Source of the DNA: Octopus bimaculoides
Taxonomy: Eukaryota
DNA length: 64,000 nucleotides
Assembly (NCBI RefSeq): GCF_001194135.2
Contig: NC_069004.1
Span: forward strand, 19,268,105 to 19,332,104
Direction of reading: 5' to 3'
The stretch's first letter is position 1; the number at the start of each line of letters is the position of its first letter. Below the pieces are notes generated by a model. It saw only the letters and a program-made list of their open reading frames with translations. It ran no database searches and had not been told where the DNA came from. The translations under genes were made by a program, and so were the position numbers. This document shows positions 53,246-64,000 of this stretch, piece by piece.

Positions 53246-53348
53246 CACCTGATGAGGCTCCTTTGCACTGTGAGATGCATCTGATGCAATTATATCATTC
53301 CCCACTCACTCGGGAGTAGTGCAGTAGGCAGCCAAAACAATCGTTGTG
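53246..53348 (+). ncRNA. Degenerate hammerhead-like motif with long stem II (Penelope-type)
   Basis: CAC-CUGAUGA-GGCU...AGCC-AAAA(G12 lost)-C-aauc-GUU-GUG, followed by aaataaag. Confidence 0.4.
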
Positions 53349-55345
53349 CTAAATAAAGCTTCCAGTTACACTCTGTCTTCTGTATCAGTCATTTAGAATA
53401 TATATGTGTGTGTGTGTATGTGTGTGTGTGTTTGTCCCCCACCACAGTTTGACAACTGGTGTTGGTGTGTTTACATCCCTGTAACTGAGCAGTTCAGCAA
53501 AAAGAGACTAATAGCATAAGTACTAGCTTTAAAAAAAAGTCCTGGGGTCAATTTGACTAAAACCCTTCAAGTTAGCGTTCCAGCATGGCTGCAGTCAAAT
53601 GACTGAAATAAGTAAATTATAAAAAAATGAGACAATTCCTAAAAACATCTAATTATAAAAATATAAGATTCTTTAAAACATTGACTGGCTATGGAGGTCC
53701 ACAGGAGTAAAATGGGAATCAAAAGGGGTCCAAATGTTTGAGAATCACTGATGATAATGGTTGTCATCAGTGTCGTCATCACTCCTACCTAACACAGGCA
53801 AAAGGCCATAAATTTGGGAGTAGAGAAACAATTAAATTTGACCTCAAATACTTATTTTAGTGAGCAAAGATGGATAATAGGCAAAGTCAATCTCAGCGAG
53901 GTTTGAACTTGGAATAAAAAGCACCAAAATAAATACTACAAAGCATGTTGCTTGATGTTCGTGACAACAATTTCTCAATTAGGCACAAGACCTCAATTCT
54001 TGGAGAAGATTGTTGATGATACTAACCCATACTAATTGAAAGGTACTTATTTTACCAACCCCAAAAAGATGAAAGACAAAGTCAACATAGTCACGCACCT
54101 TAACTTTTACTTGACTAACATTTCATCCAGATGAATGAAAGGTGAAGCTGACCTCAGCAGGATTTGAACTCAGAATGTAAAAGCATGCGAGTAAATAATA
54201 CAAGCTTTTTATCCACAGCTCTACCAATTCTGCTAATCCACCAAGAATAACACAGGCATAATGTGAGAAATTCAGTAAAGGAGGTGGGGTAGTCAATCAC
54301 ATTACCTCTACTAACATTAGTAAGTTGTTCCAGAGACACAAGGCCAGAATCTGGGAGGGAGGGGCAGTTGATCATATCTGCACTAGTACTTGACTGTTAA
54401 TTTTTACATGTCACCAACACTCGCCAGGCCCACAATTTCAAGTAGTTTGAGGCTATGTAGTTAGTATTTAAATGTTTTGTGGCTACTACTAACAATATAC
54501 ACATACATAGTCAATACTTTAATGTATTTCAACACTATTAACTTTTCGTAAATATGTGATCAGTATTTGAATATATTTTGAGTACTTCTATTATTCGCCA
54601 ATATCTGAAAAAAAAAAATTCTTGTTATATATATCTATGAACATCAACATATTTTTCTACATGTGTAGTTGGTAGTTCAATGTATTTTGCACAGTTATTA
54701 TAAGCACCAATATCTGAAAATAAATTGTGTTGCTGACAACATTTGAGTATGAACCTGTTTCTGTTGCCTTTCATTTAATGGTTAACTGATTTTATTTCTT
54801 GTACAACCTGTTGCTTCATTATTATATATATCTCAATAACTTGTGGCAAAAAAAGAAAAGGGAAAATTTTAAAACAAAATTTTAAAAAAGCAAGAAGAAA
54901 TTCTATTTTGGTAAGCTGTCACTGATAAAAGAAACTTCAGTTTCTCAGCTTGTAGTAGCTTCTGAGAGACTATGGTGGTTTACAAGTCAACCAACCAAAC
55001 TGATAAAAACAGACATTTTCTTATTTTTTATAGTTGTCTTTTTTTTATAGTAGTAGTTTTTTTTTTTTGGTTCAACAGAAATGTGATCAAAAGCATCCCA
55101 CTGAGAACCGCTGTCATCTGGTGCATCTAGGATTACATTATCCAATGTGCTCTCCCCAACTTTTATATTTTATCTTATGTTATTTTACACATATGGTTGT
55201 GTGATTAAGAAGCTCACTTTGTAATCATGTGGTTTTGGGTTCCAACCCACTGCAATGTACCTTGGGCAAGTGTCTGTTACTATAGCCCCAGGTCAACCAC
55301 AGCCTTGTAAGTGGATTTAGTAGATAGAAACTGTGGGTAAGCCCG

Positions 55346-55397
<52 letters not shown>

Positions 55398-55430
55398 NNN
55401 NNNNNNNGTGTGTGTGTGTATATATATATA

Positions 55431-55464
<34 letters not shown>

Positions 55465-56519
55465 CTCCCACTGCTTGACAAGTGGTGTCAATTTGTTTAC
55501 ATTCCAGTAACTTAGAAGTTTCAACAAAAGAAATTGACAGAATAAGTACCAGATTTAAAGCATAAGAACAAGTGTTGATTTGTTCAACTAAACCCTTCAA
55601 AGTGGTGCCCCAGCATGGCTGCAGAGCAATGACTGAAACAAGTGAAAGATAAGAGACAAGACAGTGAGATTTGAGAGAAATTTGACTGCTATTTCTAACA
55701 GACTGAATAATTATGTACATCTTTTTTTTTTTTTTTTAGAACATGGTTTTAATTTTAGTAGGTAAATGTGCTAGCTTGAGGAACACATGATAGCACTACA
55801 ATATAACAATAGTGATATTATGTTAATGATTATATATAGAGATACCACATATTTAATGATGTAGAAGGACATTTAAAACACAGAAATTTGCCATAACATG
55901 CCCCCTACACACAAGCACATCTTACAAGCACAAAGCGACATACACACATCAACTGTCGACCTCTAATCACAACCTCATCTATCGTTCATATCAGTAGCGT
56001 TTTTCACCATTCTAAGTGTGACCATTTAACACTGCTGGGTGGAGATTTTCTAAAAATAAATTCCTGTAAAAAGATGTCAGTAAAACCAGTCACAAACACT
56101 GGATGTGAACATCATTTTGAAGTCGTATTTTCAACACAGAACCAGAAACCAAGAAATCAGCCCAAACTTTGGTAACATGCAATATGAAACTCCACAACTA
56201 TTCAGTGTGTGTGTTTGTACACGGATGTGAAATATTACCTACTTTTCATGAACTACAGGGGCTCATGAAACTTAAGGTTCGATCAAGATTAAGGAAGGAA
56301 GAGAAAATAATAAGTTTCTCTTCCCTTCTATATATATCTATGTCTGTCGAGCTGTCAATCAATTCATCCATCCATCCACCCAACCACTCAATTATTTATT
56401 TATCTGGCAATAATCAACTGAGGGGAAAATTCTCAAAATCTGATATCTTTTCCCAAGTCAAGTGTTTTTGTGTGTGAGTGTGTGCATGTGAGAGAGAGAG
56501 AACAAGCATGTGTGAATGT

Positions 56520-56555
<36 letters not shown>

Positions 56556-57294
56556 AAGAGAGAACAAGCATGTGTGAATGTGTGAGCGAGAGAGAGAAAG
56601 AGAACATATATGAATGTGTGTGTGTGTAAGTCAACATGTGTGTGTTTGAAACAAAAACAATAAACCTTCATCACAAAAATTCTATAGATTTTTAATGGGT
56701 TTTCTTTTACAAATTCATTGCTATTTTTAATTCACAAATAATTCATTGCTATTCTCTGAACAGTTTAGCAGGAACAACTTGTACCATAACTAAAACACCC
56801 ACACAATACATGTAATGTTAATGGCATGCAGGAATTCTGTTGAACAGCCTAGAAATATCACTGCAAATATCTTTATATCTACAGGGTATAGTCTTAAGTT
56901 TTCAAAACAAAGTGGACTTCAGTTTTCAATCCATATTGAGCATTACACACAGAAACACAATGCCTTGACAATGAAATTTAGTGGATGGAAACCTATAAAG
57001 AAAGTCATCCTATATATGTCTGCGTGCATGCTTGTGTATATGTGTGTGCGTGTGTATAAGTGTATCCATTCATGTCTACTCATGTAAGGCAATATTTATT
57101 CGTTCGTGTCAAACAAAACAAATTGCTGATTCAATAAACACTGACCTACAAAACTATGCATCAGACTGAAATAAGTATTGAGGGAGGAAAGAACCTCCTT
57201 GGAAAGGCAGTGCACCAGGGTGGTCCCAGTCAAATGACTGGGACCAACAAAAGAATAACAGAATAATATAAATACACACACACACAAATACATA

Positions 57295-57327
57295 TCTACA
57301 CATACATACATACATACATACATACAT

Positions 57328-57360
<33 letters not shown>

Positions 57361-57392
57361 TACATACATACATACATACATACATACATACA
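57295..57392. repeat. (TACA)n/(CA)n microsatellite
   Basis: Repeated catacata units. Confidence 0.9.
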
Positions 57393-58584
57393 CGTAGATA
57401 CATGCACATGACTTTTATAAAACATTGCAGCTTTATATTTGTCTGAAAGTGTAAGCTTGACTGAACTGTACCATCATACTAGAACAACACTACAACAAAA
57501 TGTTATCAAGAGAAAACAAAAGAACAGAAGATCAACTGCTCCATCGTTGTACCACAAGTGGATGGATTTCATTGTCAGTAATAATAAATAAAATTAACTT
57601 TCAATAAAACTGAATAGGATTAATAAGAATAAAATCCCCAAAAATGCAACAACCTAAAGTGTTATTAGTAGCAGTAATACAAAGAGATACTAATGTTAAA
57701 CAAGGTACAGAAAGCAAGAAACTTGAACCAAAGCTGTTAGTAGTAGAGATTAAGCGGATTTACAACAAGGGAGACATGGAATAAGGCAGAGGACTTCAAA
57801 AAGTGGATTTGGGGAAAATAAAGATACAGGAGTTCATCAAATAAATTTCAGACAGAGAGAGAAGTGATATTTTCCACATTTTACATTTGAAACAATACAA
57901 TTTTTAAAAAAATAAGGTTTGTAAAAAAAAAAAATAAAAAATAAAAAAAAAACATTGTAGGACAAAAATATTTTGATTTATGATTTTGTTGTTTTTAGAA
58001 AAAATTCTATAATATTGAACACATTAGTGATTAACTCAAAACAACTTTTTGGGGATTGGGGATAACCATTTTCAAAACTAGGTACAAACTAGTAAACATC
58101 ACTATGGTAGCCTTGTGCTACAACAAAACTTAAAACTATTCAATATTGCTACAGAGCTGCAAAATTTCTAAAACCAAGAACAATTTTTTTTTCTTTATCA
58201 TTAAGGTCTTGCAATCATAAAGTTGTGAGTTCATTTCCTGGACAAGGTAATGTGTGTTGTGATCTTGAGCAAGGTACTTCATGTTACATGCTGCTTCAAT
58301 CTACTCAGTTATAAATGAATAGCAGTTGAATGCTGATGTAGCTCTCATTATTCCCATATGCCATTCTCTGGATGTGCTGCTGGGTCAAAAATGGGAAGGC
58401 TGAGAGGGTGTCTGTGTGTCAGTTAGCAACTACACTGATACTAAAAGTATTTAGCAAAAGCATTGTACATATTACTAAGTTATACTCATTCACAAGAAAC
58501 AGCTGACTGTACAATAATATTACAGCAATGATAACTGTAATAAGGAGTACAGATGTACAAATTTAGAATGCTTTTGCTCTAAGC

Positions 58585-58831
58585 CAGGCGTCCCCAACCA
58601 TTTTTTGCCTATGGACTCCTTTGATTCCTATTTTATTTGGATGGACCCTCATAGCCATTCACTGTTTAAAAAAAAGATCCTTCTGAATTTTTATAATTAA
58701 CTATTATTGGAAATTGCATTTTAAAAAAATGTTGTGCATTGTAAAAGTATAAGCAATTTATTGCAGATAAATTTTAACAAAATTTTATGAGGACCTCAAA
58801 GAGCCATATGGACCCTGGTTGAGAACCACTG
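58585..58831. mobile_element. hAT-type MITE
   Basis: caggcgtccccaacc...ggttgagaaccactg; 8-bp TSD ctctaagc / gtctaagc. Confidence 0.8.
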
Positions 58832-60495
58832 GTCTAAGCAATGCCACATACTTTCGTCTGTGCCCCAGCTACTTTATTAGCTCATACAAACATCTACCAT
58901 TTTCAGGGTTCTGCCTCTCCACAATGCAAGAGCTGTTGATAGCAACATATTTTGATGCAGGCAGAGACTCAGAGACAGCATCAACTTAAACACCAGGACT
59001 CTGTGTGTGTGTGTGTGCGCGCGTGCGCGTGTGTGCCTATATCACCTTCCTTTAACAGCCACTTGTCCATGCTTGTATGGGTCAGATGGAATTTATTGTG
59101 ACAGATCTCCAATGGCCAGATGCTCATTTGCAACCATGTCACTAACACACACACACACATATATATACAGCAGACTAGGACATATATATTTAGCAGTGTG
59201 TGTGTGTGTGTGCGTGCGTGTGTGTATATATATATACACGCACATGTATATACACAGACACATATGTATGATTTTATTTACGTGTGTGTGTGTGTGTGTG
59301 TGTGTGTAAATATTGCATTGTGGGTTGATGCAGTATGCCAAACGCAGATGGTTCAAACCACTTATAAACAAATCATTTGTCACTTAAAAAACAATGTAGA
59401 AGAAACAAGCAAATGAGTTAACAATGTAAATATTCTTGTTGCTAACTTTAAATTATAAAACATTATAGAGCAAGTACTTTTGAATTACATTTCCTTTTCA
59501 GATAGACTGGTATGTTGAGTTAATATTGACAACTGAAAGTTGTAAATGTTGGACACATAACCCTGTACTTTCACCCCCAACCTATCTCTTCCCTACTTCC
59601 TGCAGTCAGCATTAGCTCCCTAAACGGTTTCAGCAATCTTCAGATTCAATGACTCTTGAGGCTTCAGCAAAATCTCAATTGTTAGATATTAAAAAACTGC
59701 CTCTGGTAGTGTTTTGAAGCATCATTCTGTTATTCTTATTAGTAGTTGCCCCTTTTTGTTGAGCCATGGTAACAGGGCAGCTGGTGAACCACAGTGGAAA
59801 GAACAGCCAAGGCAGTTTTCTTGTTTGTGGCTCTCTGCTCCCAAAGGGACAGCCACTAAGCTGGTACTTTTGTAGTCATTGTTAGGCAATGACTACAACT
59901 ACTGCCTAAATAACATCATCTTAATATTATGACAAGTTCAGATCCTTTTAAGCAGCTCCTTTATCTATTCTCCACCTGCTCCTAATAACAGAGTACACCA
60001 ATATAGATCCCATCCTTATCAATCCTTTTCATCTGCTACAGATCCTGAAGTACTGTGTGTCCATCCCATAGCTAGTGCAATGAGGCTAAGCACTTGAGAT
60101 CCAAAAAACCTTCAGGCTGATATCTGCTAGCTACTACAAACAGTGTTTTGTGAGGCAAATGTACTTCATGCCAGAGAGAGAGATCTAGAGGGGAGAGGAA
60201 TAAGTTAAAACCATGGGTTATCACTGTTAATCTAACACTATAGACATGGGCTAAAATTGTTGGTTACTGAGCACCAGATGTTTTCATTAAACATTAAGTT
60301 TTGCTGAGAAAAAAATAAAGTTTCTTAGGTGTATGTGTTGGGGTGTGGGTTAGATTCTTTAAGATCTAACCTTGGTCCTTATGTTACTCTTCCAAACTAT
60401 CCAGCCATCACTTATAATTCTGCTGCATTGCAACAATACTTTACTCAGTGCTTTGTCAGGATGTAACAAATGGAAAGTAAACACAGACTCTAAAT

Positions 60496-60751
60496 CAGTG
60501 GTTCTCAACCATTTTTTTTTTTTTTTTTGCCCATAGACCCCTTCGATCCCTATTCTACTCTGGTGGATCCTCGTAGATGTTTAAAAATCCTATTATACTT
60601 CAATAATTAAATGTTTTTAGGAATTGTATAAAAAAATATTAAAATATTTTGTGAATTGTAGAAGTATAACTAATCTATTGCAAATAAATTTTAACAATGA
60701 ATTTTTATATGGACCCCCAAGGAGCATAGAGACCCCGGTTGAGAACCACTA
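60496..60751. mobile_element. hAT-type MITE
   Basis: cagtggttctcaacc...ggttgagaaccacta; perfect 8-bp TSD ctctaaat at 60488-60495 and 60752-60759. Confidence 0.85.
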
Positions 60752-62009
60752 CTCTAAATGATATCAAAGTTAATATCAATATCTGGAAGCTATTCCACAA
60801 AACAAAATGGGTCAGGTAAAATAAAGTGCTTTGTTGTGATAAATAACAAAAAACTAGCAGGACTAAGAAATATGAACCCAAGACTTAGGTCTTATACCTA
60901 ACATATAAACATTAATCCATTGTCTTAGAACTAAGATTTACCATGGACTGAAGTTAACTGGCTGCCAGTTTCCTGGCTCAAGAACCAACAACTTGCCCTC
61001 CTATGATCAGTACTACTTTGTGGCCATATCCAAGATATACAAAAGCTATTGGTGAAGTCTTAGTGGATTTTGATAGAAGACTGAAGAAGATACAACACAC
61101 CAATGTATAACTGGTGATTCATTTCTTGGCAGTACTGAATTTGAATTCTCTCTTGAGAGAGAGAGAGGAGCAAGGAAGAGACAGGCAGAGAGGGGGCGAG
61201 GAAGAGAGCCAGACAGAGAGGGAGGGAGGGGAGGGAGAAAATGGTAGATTCTGCCAGGCTAACTAGCTCTAGTCAGGCAATCTTTTATGAGAAGCAAGCT
61301 GCATGAGATTTGGCTCATCTTCAGGTGGGCCACACTACTAAAAAACTTCAACATTATTCTTCATCAGGTGCGCCATTCAGAAAGTCCCACAGGCAACAGT
61401 TTACTTGTGACTGTTCTAACTGATAACGAGCTCTATAAGCCACTTGGTTTGTAAGGACACTGCTAACTAGAGGATTGTTTAAGGCAAGTCAACTTGACAA
61501 AGCACGAAGCTCAACACTTCTTAATCCACAGCACTGTTTACAAGTAGAATGAGTTGTTAATTTAAGGTGTTTTGACCACATACTGAATACAAACAGAAAC
61601 CACTGGTGACAAGATAGAAACAAACTGACCAGCTCTCAACTGATTGACCAGTAGTAACCAATATCAACTTGGCTGACCTACTACATGCACTGACTTGCTC
61701 TAGATAGAGTACACAAAGACAAACTTTACATGACAAAGCTACTGTGAAAGATCTGACGAACAGCACTTCAGGAGTCACCAGTCAGATAAACCCAAGTTAT
61801 ACAATAAAATTAGTCAATAATGAAAATATATTTAGCTCAAAATCAAATACATGTTTGTACAAACACTGCATGAAAAAAAAAAAGAAAAAAAACATCCTTC
61901 TGAACACATTGGATTTCAAGTGGGTGGGTGAGTATCTATGTTTAATTTCTTTTTTTTTTTTATTTTATTTTTTTTTTTTTATTAAGGAGTGGTAGTGAGT
62001 GAATCTTAC

Positions 62010-62029
62010 CGTGTCCGAGTCGGTTCCAT
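62010..62029 (-). CDS. TBC1D22: Candidate (alternative) first coding exon, MEPTRT(R)
   Basis: Strong donor acg|gtaaga. ATG at 62029 is preceded by an in-frame TAA, and the phase 2 end joins exon 2. No homology to the usual FWK..PGS first exon. Confidence 0.45.
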
Positions 62030-63004
62030 CAGTTAGCGGGGCAGCAAAGCAAGCAATGCTAGAAAATTCAGTCATCCGATACAGCAATGTCCAGCAGAAT
62101 GGTACTGTTTAATCTGAGGAGAATTGTAGGAAAGTCACTGCAACAGGCATGGTAGACACAGACACAACACTTTGAACAAATTTTTTATTTCTCCACACCA
62201 AAAACACCAACAGAGAGAAGACAAAAGAAGCTTTATAGGCCAGCTCAAAGAATATTCATTATTGCTGTGGCTACTATGTTTGGTCCAAGACCAGCCCTGG
62301 TTGAGCAGACCTATGATCAAAGGCACTCCAGCTGTGACCATCCCATCGTTTCAGATGTGCCTAGGGCTATATGATCTGATGTCCCTTTTCTTTGTCTAAG
62401 ACAGTATGGTGCAAGTTGAGAAAATTTTGGCTGCTCTTTCTGTTGTCACTCAGAAATTACAGTTAATTTATTTTCAGTGAAAGGGAAACAAATTGCATTT
62501 CAAGAGAACTTTGAGTAACAGAATTGATTGAGAAGTTTAACAATTTGGTAATAAATAAAAACACAAACAAAACATAAAAAAAAAGAACACTGAAAATCAA
62601 ATGTAATATCACAGGTGTTAATTAAATCAAACAAAATAAAAATTAAATATTAATTAACGAAATTGAATAATAATATAGTTAATACTCTCATTGTCTTTAC
62701 ATTTAAGAATAAATGTGTAGGTGTAAGTATAACTGCTATTTTGTGAGAGAAAGTTTTAGGATAGAGACAGTCACATTTGTGAGAAAAAGAGAGAAGTGTC
62801 TTTGCATAAAATGAGAGGAGGAATAGGAGAGGGAGTGAATACCTCCACCTGGAGTTTGATTTACACCTGTGTTTCCAGTTACATTTCTTCATTAAATGAA
62901 GGGTGGATGGAGATCTATCACCCCAAGTAAGACTGAATAAGGAAACAGGTTCATTGAAAGAAAGCTAGGGAGAGAGAGAGAAGGAAATATAGATAATGCA
63001 TGAG

Positions 63005-64000
63005 ACAGATAGACAGAGAGCTAGACATATAGACAGAGAGCTAGACAGATAGACAGAGAGCTAGACATATAGACAGGGAACTAGACATATAGACAGGGAA
63101 CTAGACAGATAGACAGAGAGCTAGACATATAGACAGAGAGCTAGACATATAGACAGAGAGCNNNNNNNNNNGAGACAGATAGACAGAGAGCTAGACATAT
63201 AGACAGAGAGCTAGACAGATAGACAGAGAGCTAGACAGATAGACAGAGAGCTAGACATATAGACAGATAGCTAGACATAGACAGGGAGCTAGACATATAG
63301 ACAGAGAGCTAGACAGATAGACAGGGAGCTAGACAGATAGACAGAGAGCTAGACATATAGACAGAGAGCTAGACATATAGACAGAGAGCTAGACATATAG
63401 ACAGAGAGCTAGACAGATAGACAGAGAGCTAGACAGATAGACAGAGAGCTAGACAGATAGACAGAGAGCTAGACAGATAGACAGAGAGCTAGACAGATAG
63501 ACAGAGAGCTAGACAGATAGACAGAGAGCTAGACAGATAGACAGAGAGCTAGACAGATAGACAGAGAGCTAGACAGATAGACAGAGAGCTAGACAGATAG
63601 ACAGAGAGCTAGACATATAGACAGGGAACTAGACAGATAGACAGAGAGCTAGACATACAGACAGAGATCTAGACAGATAGACAGAGAGCTAGACATATAG
63701 ACAGAGAGCTAGACATATAGACAGAGAGCTAGACATATAGACAGAGAGCTAGACATATAGACAGAGAGCTAGACAGATAGACAGAGAGCTAGAGAGATAG
63801 ACAGAGAGCTAGACATATAGACAGGGAGCTAGACAGATAGACAGAGAGCTAGACATATAGACAGGGAGCTAGACAGATAGACAGAGAGCTAGACATATAG
63901 ACAGAGAGCTAGACATATAGACAGGGAGCTAGACAGATAGACAAAGAGCTAGACATATAGACAGAGCTAGACAGATAGACAGAGAGCTAGACATATAGAC
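63005..64000. repeat. 20-bp minisatellite (agacagagagctagacakat)n
   Basis: About 50 near-identical units running to the window end. Confidence 0.97.

Larger units (their letters stand above)
4066..62029 (-). other. TBC1D22: TBC1 domain family member 22 (Gyp1-like Rab GTPase-activating protein) gene, 12 coding exons per isoform plus one alternative exon
   Basis: Hand-spliced exons, all GT-AG with compatible phases, total 1440 nt. The translation matches recalled TBC1D22A/B motifs: VYGAQHPP, TSDAWD, IHIDIPR, IWAIRHPASGYVQGINDL, EADSFWC, LQFAFRWMNNLLMRE, KYMFADAPNH. Confidence 0.97.

Noticed and set aside
63005-64000. Regular repeat array as a possible CRISPR
   Set aside because: No unique spacers and a eukaryotic context; it is a plain 20-bp minisatellite.

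Overview
AT-rich, repeat-dense eukaryotic genomic DNA with assembly gaps. The SINE, LINE and MITE families and the microsatellite load look like a coleoid cephalopod, probably Octopus (inference). The window holds one long minus-strand gene, a TBC1D22 (Gyp1-like Rab GAP) orthologue. I assembled it by hand from GT-AG exons with consistent phases (62029 to 4066): 1440 nt, 479 aa if the candidate first exon is used. Main finding: the exon carrying the catalytic arginine finger (IxxDxxR) is present twice, as two 66-nt phase 0-0 paralogous exons. Exon 7a (24775-24840) encodes IHIDIPRMNPLVPLFQLKVVQE and exon 7b (20760-20825) encodes ILKDIPRMTSVAHLFQQNAVQE. This is the signature of mutually exclusive splicing that would swap the GAP active-site segment. 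Other points of interest are a candidate non-canonical first exon with an overlapping uORF, a possible internal truncated isoform, Penelope-type insertions with hammerhead ribozyme motifs, and long intronic foldbacks. The rest is Tc1/mariner, hAT and piggyBac-like elements, RTE and RLE LINE remnants, SINE arrays and a terminal 20-bp minisatellite. Most six-frame ORFs supplied are microsatellite or N-gap artefacts.
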